From Azolla caroliniana (taxonomy: Eukaryota > Plantae > Polypodiophyta), in contig JBHGNT010000021.1 in the NCBI GenBank assembly GCA_043228905.1, forward strand, positions 6,758,001 to 6,822,000: a DNA stretch of 64,000 bases, in the 5' to 3' direction. Position 1 is the first letter of the stretch, and each line of letters starts with the position of its first letter. Shown here in pieces: positions 22,571 to 34,392 of the stretch. The notes below the pieces were generated by a model that was not told the DNA's origin, searched no databases, and saw nothing but the letters and a program-made list of their open reading frames with translations. A program made the translations under genes and the position numbers.

Positions 22571-24728
22571 CTAAAGGGAAAACGTGTTGAGAGTTATGGT
22601 GACTTAACTCTTCACGACTTGTCTATGCATTGTAAGAATTTATATGAGTTATCTCTTGCCGGAAAGATGATGTGTTATGGTTCTCTTTCACATATGCCTC
22701 CCTTCTTTACAATTGAAGATATATGCATAGGACTTAAGAAATTGGCCTCTCGAAAGGCAAGCAATCTTCAATGTATAAAGGCTGAAATGCTCAAATGGAC
22801 GGGAAAGGAAGCACATATATGGATAAGCGATATGTTTAATGATGCATTGCAACATGGTATGCCGTACGATTGGACTACAAATTGGATCAAACCTTTACAT
22901 AAAGGTGGAGATATAAATAATGTAAACAACTATCGAACCATCATGGTTGGCTCATTAATGGCAAAACTATTTGGATGTATAATGGAATCAAAGATAAGTG
23001 TATGGGCTGAAAAAAGTGGTAAGAGAGCTTATGGACAAGCTGGCTTTCGGAAACACCATAGCACCATTGATCACCTTATCACCCTTCGAGTATTAATGGA
23101 GGAAAGTCGCCTTAGAGGTAAAGGTTTATATTGTTGCTTTGTAGACTTCAAGAAAGCTTTTGATATGGTACCTCGTGAGCATCTTTGGAGGCGAATGGAA
23201 GAACTTGAGGTGCCAAGTGAATATATGCTTGCAATTTCCCGAATTTATGAGAAGGTTATATGTTGTGTGCGCATGAGAAATAAACTTTCAGATTTTTTCA
23301 AAAGCACTATTGGTGTTAAGCAAGGATGCCCACTCTCACCAACACTATTTGGTCTATGCATTGATGAATTGGAAGAAATGGTTACCAAGTTTGCAAAGGA
23401 AGAATGTGTTGAAGAAGTTGCCATTGGGAATGTTGTGATTATGCTTTTGCTATATGTAGATGATGTAGTGCTTTTTGCAAATACTTTAGGAGATGCACAA
23501 AAGCTTATGAAGGCATTGGAAAAATTTTGCATGCATACTAAATTAAGTGTCAATAGCTCTAAAACAAAGATTATGCTTGTGAAGAGCCAAAAAAGAGATA
23601 AACCATGCATTATGTACAACAATGAGCCACTTGAATGTGTGGAAAGCTTCAAATATCTTGGCCTTGAAGTTCCTTCAAATCATAGATGGAATGAATGTGC
23701 TACACGCCGCTTAGAGGCAGGCAAGCGAGCATACTATGCATTTGAGAACACATGCAATCTTGGAGATATTAAGTGTTGGGTCCTCAAGAAATATCTTTTC
23801 GACACTTTGGTGACACTGGTTCTTCTCTATGGGGTGGAAGTATGGGGCGGTAGCATCCCTAAATCTATGTGGAAAGAGTTTGAAAATGTCCAAAAGCATT
23901 TTCTTACCAAGTTTCTACAAGTTAAGAAACAAACGCCCTACACCCTCCTCCTCCTTGAGACGGGATCGCTTCCCATTGAGATCATGGCCATGGAAAGGGT
24001 TGTTGAATACATGCTTAAGGTTCAAAAAAGTCCCTCACATCGACTTCCTAGAATTGCGTGGGAAACAAGCAAAAAGATCCAAAAGACGCATAAAAGCAAA
24101 ATTTTGTGTTCCGGTTGGATGCAAGATATAGAAAAATGGTTTGGTAGATGGGATGCGAGACACTTGCTTCATGATGCATCATTAGATTCCTCTATAAATG
24201 AGGCATTTTTGCAACGCCAATGTATCATGACATGGGACAAATGTGGAGGCTCACACTTCACACATTATACTACACATGTTGCACCTAACTACAAAACCAT
24301 ATTCTTCGCGGAACAGGGAAATCGTACAAATCCATACATGTTAGAGCCCATACCGTTATCTTCCATTCGAACCATTGCTTCCATGCGACTTAGCTCACAT
24401 GCATTGCGATGTGAAACAGGGCATTGGGGTACAAGTGATGAGAGTGGTCGGCTATGCGCACTTTGCCCTAAACAAGTTCGCGAGTCTGAGTATCACACTT
24501 TGATACAATGCTCTGCCTTTGATCATATTCGATCATGCTTTACACATCTCTTCGATCGAGCCCAATCTTTGCATGAATTCCTCTCACAACCACAATGTGC
24601 ACTCTCGATTGCAACATTCATTGGTAAAGTTCTTGAACATCGAGAGTCACTACTCACTTTCACACATATCACGTGAAATGTAATATTTTTGGTCTCATAG
24701 GTCATATTTGACCTCCGAAGACGATAAT

Positions 24729-24733
<5 letters not shown>
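22571..24733 (+). mobile_element. 5'-truncated non-LTR retrotransposon (RTE/RTEX-like LINE)
   Basis: Absent from the 5' LTR; ends ATAATATAAT against a (CT)n run. Confidence 0.88.
22619..24676 (+). CDS. LINE ORF2 remnant: RT domain plus C-terminal CCHC zinc finger (no endonuclease, truncated)
   Basis: NYRTI, QAGFR, FVDFKKAFD, GVKQGCPLSPTLF, YVDD, FKYLG, CALC...EYHTLIQC. Confidence 0.9.
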   Translation: MSMHCKNLYELSLAGKMMCYGSLSHMPPFFTIEDICIGLKKLASRKASNLQCIKAEMLKWTGKEAHIWISDMFNDALQHGMPYDWTTNWIKPLHKGGDINNVNNYRTIMVGSLMAKLFGCIMESKISVWAEKSGKRAYGQAGFRKHHSTIDHLITLRVLMEESRLRGKGLYCCFVDFKKAFDMVPREHLWRRMEELEVPSEYMLAISRIYEKVICCVRMRNKLSDFFKSTIGVKQGCPLSPTLFGLCIDELEEMVTKFAKEECVEEVAIGNVVIMLLLYVDDVVLFANTLGDAQKLMKALEKFCMHTKLSVNSSKTKIMLVKSQKRDKPCIMYNNEPLECVESFKYLGLEVPSNHRWNECATRRLEAGKRAYYAFENTCNLGDIKCWVLKKYLFDTLVTLVLLYGVEVWGGSIPKSMWKEFENVQKHFLTKFLQVKKQTPYTLLLLETGSLPIEIMAMERVVEYMLKVQKSPSHRLPRIAWETSKKIQKTHKSKILCSGWMQDIEKWFGRWDARHLLHDASLDSSINEAFLQRQCIMTWDKCGGSHFTHYTTHVAPNYKTIFFAEQGNRTNPYMLEPIPLSSIRTIASMRLSSHALRCETGHWGTSDESGRLCALCPKQVRESEYHTLIQCSAFDHIRSCFTHLFDRAQSLHEFLSQPQCALSIATFIGKVLEHRESLLTFTHIT

Positions 24734-24782
<49 letters not shown>

Positions 24783-25479
24783 GTTCTCTGTTTTACGCTT
24801 CCGCAAACACTTACGTTCACAATAACACCTCGACCCTTGATATCTCTTATGTGGATATCATCGTGTACGACTCCACTCTTACAAAAGTTGGACATTTAAG
24901 GAAGTCAACAATAGATATAATAAAAGAAAAATTACCATGTCTAGAAGGTGGCTCGAGTCGAAGACGAACGAGATCTACTACACATAATCTAGAGTCGCAC
25001 CATTTGGTTTATGATGAAGATAATGCATTGATTGGTACATCCAAGGATGACGAGGAGGAATCCTCATTGTATATTAGCTATAGTAGTGATTCTCTATAAA
25101 GGAGTGATCATGAATGTATTTTTGGCTATTAAGTGTAACTTCCTTTCGCTTGTAACAAATCGATTAATATAAAAGCAAGTGTTTTGAATTTTTTCGATTC
25201 CTATGAATATCGTTTCTTATAAAAAATATTGGTTGTGAAGTTTGTGATATAAATTGAGAATGTAACTTTTTGAAATTCCTCTTTATTTATTTATTTTTAA
25301 ATCACGAAAATGGTGGATTTTTAACCATTTTCATAGTATATTTGAGAATGTATGATATTGGTATCAATGTGTTTTGTAATATCACTGAAAAAGTACTACA
25401 ATAAAATAGAATATTCCTTATCCTTCAATTTATGTGTGATCATTCCACTCGTGAACGCAAACGTGTTTAATAAAATATA

Positions 25480-25728
25480 CAAAATCTTGGAAGTGCAAGG
25501 TTCAAAACCCTATTTGCACTCTGTATGCACCAAAATGTCACTAGGCCTTAGGCTTATTTTCATATTTACAAGTGTTTGTGCACTTTTACAATTCTCATTT
25601 TGTTCCCATTTACAACAGGCTAGTGTACACGTGTGACCATCACCCCTTCCACACGTATGCACATTGCACCTTCTCGATTTTTTCCGTTCCATGTGATTTT
25701 CATGCTATTGCCGAAAATCTTCACGACA
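25480..25728 (-). repeat. Truncated LTR of the Ylt1-like family
   Basis: Minus strand starts TGTCGTGAAGATTTTCGGC, as at 46198 and 52964. Retains the tRNA-like T-arm piece CTTGGAAGTGCAAGGTTCAAA. Cuts the copia RT right after KKSLYG. Confidence 0.75.
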
Positions 25729-28616
25729 CCGTAGAGGGACTTCTTTAGTCGGAAAATTGCTCTCAGATGTTTGCTTGATTCGAAGTTGTGTGATTGTACC
25801 ATGTACACCTCTTCTTCTAATTCGCCATGAAGAAAAGCATTCTTGACATCCATATGATGGAGGTGCCACCCTTTTGATGTTGTGAGTAAAATCATGGTTC
25901 GAGCGGTCATCATCTTTGACACTGGTGCAAAGGTCTCTTCATAGTCAACATTGTGTGTCTGTGTGTAGCCTTTCGCTACAATTCGGGCTTTGTTGCGGTT
26001 GACAGTGCCATCGGCATTATGCTTTACTTTGCATATCCATCTACAATCGATTGCCTTCTTGTGTGCTGAGTGAGGGACACGGTCCCAAGTTTTGTTTTTG
26101 TCGAGTGCTTGCATCTCTTCATTCATTGCTTCAATCCATTGTGGATCTTTAGAGGCTTCAACAAAAATTTCCAGTTCGCAAACAATTGCTACCTTCATCA
26201 TGAATGCATAATGATATGCCATGTAGTCATTGTGGCCGAATCGGTTAACTGGGTTCTTCTCACGGGTGGAGCGGTGGAGTTTTTCATTTGTTGTGGCAAT
26301 GACTTTCTTCACTCCAGGTGTCCTCGTGATGGACCCATCAAATCCACCATACTCACTATCGAGTGAGTGAGCCGATTCATTTCCGTTGGATTGATCGTCT
26401 TCATATTTCGGCATTTTCGTTTTGCCTTTGTCCAATTTAGCACATCTCCGATTCGCGCTTTGGTTGCTCAGAGGATATTGTGGTCCACTCATCCTAGTCG
26501 AGATTGGACTCTCTTCTTGCATTGTCCTTCATTATTCATCGTCTTCTACATTGATGTCGACTTAGGTTTGTACCATGATGCCGATTCGTTAAAGACGAGG
26601 TTCTGACTTATGCAAACCTTTCGAGTAGAGGGGTTGAAGCATTTGTACCCTTTTTGCTCAAGTGAGTACCCCACGAGAATACACTTCTCCGATTTTGAAT
26701 TGAACTTTTGTCGCTTCTCATCGGGAATGTGTACAAATGCGATACAACTGAATACCCTAACATGAGATAGATCTGGCTTCTTTCCATAGTACTTCTCGTG
26801 AGGGGTAACCTCATGCACTCCGGATGTCACACATTGGTTCACTAAATATATGATAGTATTTGCCGCTTCGACCTAGTATGACTTAGGAAAGTTTTTCTTG
26901 TTCATCATGGCCCTAGCCACCTCCTCTAGTATGTGTCGATGTTTCCTTTCGGCTACTCCATTTTGTTGTGGTGTGTATCGGCACGAGAATTCTTGTTGAA
27001 TTCCTTCTTGCCAGAGATAAGTTGTAAAGTTGTCAGAAAAGTACTATTTTCCTCTGTACGATTGAAGGCACTGAGCATGTTGGCTCTTTTTTTTTCACTC
27101 TATTTTTTAATTTCTTGAAGTGTGAGAACACTTCACTCTTCTGTTGCATGGGGAAAATCTAGGTGTATTTGGAGTAGTCATCGATAAAGGTGACATAGAA
27201 CAACATCCTTCGAATGTTGCCATCTGAGCTAGTCCCGCCACATTTGAGTGAATTATGTCCAGAAGGCCTTTGCTCACATTCCTTTATTTTGGGAACGGGT
27301 GTTGTTGTTGTTTGCTAAATTGGCATGCTTCGCAGACTCCTACAACTTCCTTCTCTATAAAAGTTAGGAGTCCGATGACAACTCCTTCTTATTGCATGCC
27401 TTTGAGCTTTTGAAGATTGATGTGGCCGATTCTTTTGTGCCACAATTCTATGTACGTATCAACTTTGGGACCTTTTGTATACAAAGCTGATTTCATCTCA
27501 TGTGAGTCGAGAATGAACATTTGACCCTCTCTTTGTCCGCGAGCCTTGTTCCACAATTTTGTTGACTGAGGCCAAATTCTTCGTTATGGTTGGAACATAC
27601 AAGACTTTTTTGATATAGGTCTTGTTACCCTCCTTGTCGAATGGTACATTGTCGACATGCCATATTAGATGAGTGGTGTCATCTCCAATCTCAACAGAGT
27701 TTGGGTCGATTCAACTCGAAACCATTCTCGATGAGACGTCATATGGTTTGTGGCGCCGGAGTTGACAAACCAAACATCCTCTGCATTGGATGTCCTAGTA
27801 GGACTGGAGGCCAACATAGAATTTATTGTATGCCTCATCACCAACATTCCGCCATGATCGTCATAGTCAGAGTTAGTGGCATAATTGGTGAGTTGTTGGT
27901 TTGTGGGGGCCGACTCATTTTTCTTCTTCCAACACTCTACCTCATGGTGGCTGATTTTGCCACAATACCTACATTCGATGGGGTTATTTTGTCAACTCAG
28001 TCCAACATGGAAGCTCCCCCTTCTGTCAAAAGTTCCCTGTGTGAATCTAGATTCTTGCCAGTGATGGGAGTTGTTTTCATGGGATGGTCCTTGTCCATTA
28101 CGTCCTTGGTCGAATCGGCCTCTTCCTACATGACTGTGTCCTCTACTTCTGTCTAAGTGCGAGTAGAGCATGTATGCTTTAGAGATTGTGCTCCTTGATC
28201 AAACGTGATTCTCTTTGACCAATAGCATCGACTGAAGATCGAAGGAGGGAGGATTTTCTGTTGCGAGGATGGCCAATCTCGTTCTGCCAAAATCGTGGTG
28301 CTAAGCCACCGAAGCATGTTTGCACCATTTCATCATCATCAATGTTGACGTCTTTATCAAGCCAAGTGAGTCGCACAACTCCTTGATCTTCATGGTGTAG
28401 CTTGTGATCAACATGCCCCTCTATTGAATGTTATTCAACTCTTGACGAAGTTGAAGTTTACGTGCGATCGTATTTGCCACGAAGATCTTTCTGAGATGCT
28501 CCCATGCTTCCTTTGGCGTTTTAGCTTCCTGAATATAGACGAGCATATGTTCTTGGATGCATGATGCCAAGTAGTTGTTGTGGGTGGGGGGTGGAGCCAA
28601 GGGGTTGAGCGTGAGG

Positions 28617-28687
<71 letters not shown>

Positions 28688-29305
28688 CACACAATATTAA
28701 GAGGCAAAATTTCTACTATCATTCATGTCCCCTATGGTGGGGTTATATAGGTACATTACATGCTGGTTCCAAATCAAGAACATACAATGGGGTTTTTAGG
28801 TTAGTTACATAACTTTGTAACAACTTAGACCCACTTTACCATATTAATATACTCACACTTACTCATGACATCCACATTTACACATACACTTACACACGAC
28901 TTTTAATACAAAGACTTTACACTTATCTATCCACGTACCAACACGCTATACTTTCAATCCCACGGATAACACATATGGCACGCCCGTGGGATAGTGCCTT
29001 GCACAAGTGAACCCACATGCCATCAATAAACATGAACAATGGTCCTTGGACCGAAACTTACGACTAGAACTCCCTCGGTGTTCTCCTATCATGTTGGTCG
29101 GAACTCCATAAATCGGAACACGCATAACACGAACATAAACTCAACGACATGAACCTCTCGTTCGGTCGGAACATACGCGAACATAGAACTTCGGCACTCT
29201 CTTTTTAGGTCTTTAAATGATATTGTGTGTGTTTTTCTTTTATTTTATGTGAGTTGTGAGTTTACAAATTTTTTGGATCAGCTCTCATGTTTTTGAAATT
29301 CTTGG

Positions 29306-32300
29306 TGTTAACTCTTAGGGCCGGACAATGGCCTAACACAGGGTGTCTATGGAAGACACTTCACCAAAGGGGTGTTACGGCAAGAGGATTAGAATCAACG
29401 ATTAATCCGACTTAATTAGGCTACTTAACAAGATCGTCCTTAATAATCACACGCGTACTATATAACAATGAATGCAGAATGGCAATTAACAGAGAGATAA
29501 CAACACTAAGCTTTATTAATTAACCGTTGCTCATTACATTGTATCCGGGCCTTTAAATAGGTTTCCGGTCTGTAGTACAAAACGGTTCCATCCGCACCTG
29601 TTCGGGATCGGTCCGGATCCGGAACGGCATACCGATTCCGGTCCGTCCGTCCACACTCATAGCTTACTTACAACCATTCCTAATAATTAAATAACTCCCC
29701 GTTTAACACTCTGGACTCCTTTGCCGGCCGGGCCGATAACACATGGCACGCCCGTGGGACAGTACCTTGTACGTCGAATCCACATCCGACCCTTGCTATT
29801 CTTCGTCCAAAATATCCAGAATGCTTTGTTCGAGAGTCTCCAATGGTTCATCTGGAATTGGTTGTTGTTGTTGTTGTTGCTGTTGCTGCTCCGTTGATGG
29901 CTGCTGCGACTGGTCCTTTGGTGGCTGCTCCTCCGTTTGTTGCTCTGACACCGGCGTCTGCGTCGTTGCTCCCTCCGTCATAGTGGTCTCCGGTTGATTG
30001 GTTCCGGGCTGGCCCTCGGCTGGCGACGGTTCCTCATCACTAAGGTTAACCGTTGCCGCTTCCCGTGCTTTTTCTTCCCGAACCTAGGACCGCTCGTAGC
30101 TTTCAAACTGGATTTGAGCGTCCAGCCTATCATTGTCTAGCTAAGCTACGAGTTGCCAGACCTGCGCCAACTGTTCATCCGCCAGGACTTGGAAGTCGTC
30201 GGCCAGCTCGTCCCGTATGGCGGTGAAGTCCTCGGAAGTCAACATGTAACAATCATCTCCTTCCTTCCGCCGGTTTGCCACGTCTGCCCGTAGCAATTGG
30301 AGTTCCGCCGCATTTTGTGCCCACTTTGTCCACCATCTTACGGAGCTTTCGTCAATCAAGAGTTTTGTCTGTTCAGCCATGCCCGGAGGATGCATTGAAT
30401 CCGGCCCGTTCCCAACTGCGATTTGATCTCCGCAGCTTGCCGTTCCTCCTTCAATTGCTTGATGATTTTGACGTTGTCTTCCGCCTGCTCCTTGTAATGC
30501 GTCAATTGCCTTTGATATGTGCTTTGTAATTTTTGCAATACCATTGACGCTCTCTCCTTTTCTTCCTGCTGCTGCTTCTGGAGCTCCATCCGGACCTTCT
30601 CCGCCTCGTCCAACTATCTTGTATTTTCCGCTCGTTCGTCAACGAGCGCCGTCGCGGCCCGATCAACTTCCTACTAGAGCTCGGCCACCCGTTCCTTATG
30701 CTCCGTTTCCAGCCGTTTGTAGTCCCGGTGCAGGTGCTCAAAATCATCTATCTTTTGCTTGAGCCGTGCGTTGATCTGTCGACGGGCCCGGTCCTCACGG
30801 TCCTTCTGCTGGAAGAGCTCTTCCTTTAGCCGTTCAATTTCCATTTCCGCCGTCTTCCGCAGCTTGTCCTTATCCTGCAACACTTTGTCTTTTTCCTCCC
30901 TTAGTCGGTCGTATGCTTGATGGCCTTTCCGGAGGCTCTCCTCTGCCCGGCGGAGGTTCTCAGCAGTCTTCTTTAATTCTGCTTCGGCCGTTGTCTTCAA
31001 TTCCCGTTCACGGCTCCTTAGCGCTTCTTGTGCGGCAAGTTCATCTCTCAATTCCGCAAGCTCCTGGGCTTGCGCCGCATCTCTCTCTGTGACGGGTTCC
31101 GTTGCCGGGGTCTTATTAGTATGTACAGGTTGGTCTGGTTCTTTATTCTGTACACTTACCGGAGTCATCGATGATTGGATTTGTGTTGCCGTTAAGGCCA
31201 TTTTGGCCATTTCTGCCGTAACCTGATCCAAGTCTTTTTCAAGGCACCGGATTCTGGACCGGGCCGTCTCTAGTTGTTCGGTTGTAACGAGCAACCGTTC
31301 GCTTTGCGCTCTTTCTTCTGCCTCAATATACCCCACTGCTCCGGCAATCTGTTCGCCTATCCACCGGAGCCACAGGCTACCGGTGCATTGTTGTTGCGTT
31401 TGCACGGAGGTTTGACGGATTGGCTCGCTTGTAGGTGGGTGGTCCCGCCTGATTGCGCCGAATTGCAATTCCGTTTCTGCCCGTGGACCACCCTGCTATC
31501 CTGGTTCCCCTTGCGCTTCTTCTTGGTTGGCCGAGGGAGGCTACATTGACCTTTCCGGCTTTGGTGGGATGGGACTTTCCGGTGTTGCCGGTGGTGCAGG
31601 GGCTTCTGATTCTGGTGCCATGTGCACCGGTTCCGGTTCCACCCTTGGCGTGGGAGTCTCAGTATGGGGAGCCGGTGTTCCCTCCGTCTGAGGGTCCGAA
31701 CGTTTCCCGACTGCCTCAACGGTCCTTGCCGATGACCGTCGCTAGAGGTGCTCCGTAGGCTCCTCCTCTATTTCCTCTTCCTGAGTCCCGACATTGAGTT
31801 TTGCCGCCAAGGGGTCCGCTTCTCTATTCACCAGTCGGCGGAGTGTAACCTTTATGGGCCGTACCGGTGGTTCCTCCTGCGCATCCGTTGGCCACTTCCG
31901 GCTGGCGCTCTCCTTTCCCGCCTGTTCTGCGTCCGCCACCTTCCCCTTAGTGGCCTTAGAGGCCAACAACTGTTGTCTTTTGGAAGCAGTCTTTGGGGTG
32001 CCGTCCACCACTCTTCCCCGCTTCTTGGGCTTGACGGGCTCGACGGGTGGCACAAGCAAGGTGAGCCACTGCGTTACGGCGTGCCATATCCTCCGTCCGT
32101 CTCGGCCTTCTTTGTCGTCTTTGCCTCTGATGATCTCGATCGCCGCACACAAACCGTCTGCGATCAATACCGGACAATGGCCTAACACAGGGTGTCTACG
32201 GAAGACACTTCACCAAAGGGATGTTACGACAAGAGGATTAGAATCAACGATTAATCCGACTTAATTAGGCTACTTAACAAGATCGTCCTTAATAATCACA

Positions 32301-32513
32301 CGCGTACGATATAACAATGAATGCAGAACGGCAATTAACAGAGAGATAACAACACTAATGTCATCCGCACCTGTTCGGGATCGGTCCGGATCCGGAACGG
32401 CATACCGATTCCGGTCCGTCCGTCCACACTCATAGCTTACTTACAACCATTCCTTATAATTAAATAACTCCCTGTTTCACACTCTGGACTCCTTTGTCGG
32501 CCGAGCCGGTAAA
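29306..32513 (-). mobile_element. Internally deleted Athila-like element (same family as 4163-14008) retaining most of ORF2
   Basis: TSD CTTGG (29301-29305, 32514-32518). 3' LTR 29306-29741 and damaged 5' LTR about 32170-32513. ORF2 homolog 29796-32169. Confidence 0.92.
29796..32169 (-). pseudogene. ORF2 homolog (5'-truncated, frameshifted)
   Basis: Near-identical peptides to ORF2 at 10868-13537 (PVLIADGLCAAI, WLRWIGEQIAGAV, DELAAQEALRSRERELK, WWTKWA, LETLEQSILD). Confidence 0.92.
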
Positions 32514-33264
32514 CTTGGTAATGCCCTTCAATTCTTTTGAAATTCTGTTTGTTGCCCTCAAGCTTCTGAAATTTGATGATGTGTCCTCGAGTTATTGTAA
32601 TTAGGTTGATGCCCTTCCATTTTTTAATTTACTCGTATGCCCTCTCTTCCTTCTGTCTTGTAACTCCTTCCTTCTTCCTCTTGCTCTTGCTTGATTTCTT
32701 CTGCTCCAATTTTCTGCCTTAATTTTTTGTTCCTATTCTGTCTTCGTCTTCTATCTCTTGTTGGCTTGGATGATCTTGCCGAAACCATGGGAGAGCTAGG
32801 TGGACCTCCTTCCCTACTCTGTTTAGGTCTATCTTGGTCATTTCTACTCGCCAGCCGCCGATCGTGCCTATTCGTCCCCACCCATCAACAATAGTACAAC
32901 ACCCGACTAGCTGCTTATTCCCATGCTAGGTAGTCGGTGTGTGTTGGGTTGGGTTTCACTTCTTGCGCTCCCTCGATGTAACACCAATAGCCATGGCTGG
33001 CAAAGTATTGGTGCATCTTGTATTGCCAAGATGCAAAGTTGTTTCTGTCCAACTTTTCACTGGGAAGAGAGCTGCGGATTAGGGTGTTCATGGTGGTTGA
33101 CTAGTTGGAATGGTTTTTCTGCCTCTTCTTCTTTTTCAGATGAGCCGAAACTCTCTTGATTGTTGGTGTGCCACACAACACAAGTGGATAGGTTGGACCA
33201 GTCTATCAATCACTCTGATACCATGTAAAGAGTTAGTGATGTGATTCTATGTAGTGGATTAGAA

Positions 33265-33320
<56 letters not shown>

Positions 33321-33913
33321 AGAGTAAGAACAAGATAAACAGAAACCAAAGAATGCATATTCACAAGACAATGAAGACAACCAACAATTACAACAAGAGA
33401 GAGGAAGATGCTTATAAGCTCTCCCTCTCTCTCTAGATTCTCTCACCTAAAGCTCACTCTCTCACTAGAATCTTAGGATGCTTTAACTAGCCCATAACTG
33501 TGTCAAACAGGTGCAACTACTTATGACACATCAATTAATATTACAAGATGGTGTGTTCACACTAGAGTTTGTTGGGCTTGATTCGTAACCGGTAATAACC
33601 ACATATTTTACTACTTGTGTGATTGATGTAGTGATTCAATATTACATTTTCAATTGATTTAGATCAATTATTCTTTTTATGAAAAAAGACTACCTGATTC
33701 AATCATGAATGATTTAAAAAATGTTTCTCCTAGGAAATTGTGGGTAATGTTGACCATAAAATAAATCTCATACGAAGTGTTATTCTAATGAACATTCCAC
33801 CTTATTGACTTAGTTGCCTCGAAGAGGATGAGAATTGAGATCACAACACAACTTAAGCATCAACTCTTATTCTAATGATATATGATTCTTCTTCTCCTGC
33901 CAGCTCAACATGA

Positions 33914-34200
33914 CGTTGGATCAGTTGGAGAAGTCGAAAGTCGGATCGGTTGGAGAAGCCATTAGGGCCTACATTCCTATTTTAGTAATAGGAATATAAT
34001 AGGTTGTTTTGTGTCAGACCTCATAATTGATCATTAAGTACTTTGTTAGTAATTGTGTCAACCCACTATCATGGGCTTGTATAAAAAGTGCTCTATGAGC
34101 ATATTGTAAGTACTGAGCATTATTATTTTGAATAGAAGTTTTGTTGTCTACTAACTTAGTCTGTGTGTGTGTGTGTGTACTTCATTCTCTAGGTATACCT
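33914..34200 (+). repeat. Degenerate copia-type LTR remnant
   Basis: Resembles the 16925 LTR (gtgtcaga...aagtac...gtca...cttgtataaa.agtgct); ends uncertain. Confidence 0.4.
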
Positions 34201-34379
34201 AATTGTCTACTATTGTCCGCCTCAAACGATTGTGTCTGTTGTGTACAAGCTTCTGCACTTTTACTTTTGCAATTTCTTCCGTCCATTCGTTTGTTAATTG
34301 GCCCCTCCCTCCCTAAATGGTTTTTATAGGTTACTTCCCACTCTAGTTAAGGTGGTTAAGATGCTTCTAGGTTTCTCTA

Positions 34380-34392
34380 GAAGTTTCGAGAA
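34380..34392. promoter_or_regulatory. Perfect 3-unit heat-shock element GAAgtTTCgaGAA, with a TATA box about 50 bp downstream
   Basis: Matches the nGAAn inverted-repeat consensus; CTATATAAA at about 34439. Confidence 0.4.

Larger units (their letters stand above)
16925..24821 (+). mobile_element. Full-length Ty1/copia LTR retrotransposon (3' LTR carries a LINE insertion)
   Basis: 5' LTR 16925-17321. iMet PBS TGGTATCAGAGC 17322-17333. PPT GAGGGGGAG 22242-22250. 3' LTR 22251-22570 + about 24734-24821. TSD ATAAC (16920-16924, 24822-24826). Confidence 0.96.
14588..25099 (+). pseudogene. Sola-like DDD transposase relic (14588-16924 + 24827-25099), interrupted by a copia
   Basis: Motifs CSIC, LMIDGMDQKKT..P, LDNTARE.KN and FLLIGHTHDHIDHMFS. 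The frame continues across the copia TSD (…RNIHN|TSTLDISYVDIIVYD…). Stops and frameshifts present; TIRs not found. Confidence 0.7.
28576..32890 (-). mobile_element. About 1.1-kb composite solo-LTR-like unit (28576-29305 + 32519-32890)
   Basis: Termini TGTTGTGGGTGGGG / CCCCACCCATCAACA. TSD GTAGT (28571-28575) / ATAGT (32891-32895) inside copia gag. TATA CCTATATAA and (CT)n on minus. Confidence 0.75.
25729..33545 (-). mobile_element. Degenerate Ty1/copia related to 16925-24821, 3'-truncated and interrupted by nested insertions
   Basis: 5' LTR 33224-33545 (TGTAA...TTACA) and iMet PBS 33213-33223. gag ATG at 33091 (MNTLIRSSLPSEKLDRNNFASWQYKMHQY...) breaks at 32891 and resumes at 28575 (YLASCIQEHM); PR/INT/RT fragments continue to 25729. 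Confidence 0.9.

Noticed and set aside
14138-25498. 13-bp inverted repeat TTGCACTTCCAAG / CTTGGAAGTGCAA flanking the Sola-like transposase as candidate TIRs
   Set aside because: The left copy lies inside the presumed gypsy LTR and the right copy is part of the tRNA-like LTR cassette; no TSD.
14179-34201. Palindrome TAGGTATACCTA at 14180 and 34190 as ends of a giant element
   Set aside because: Flanks are not similar and there is no TSD.
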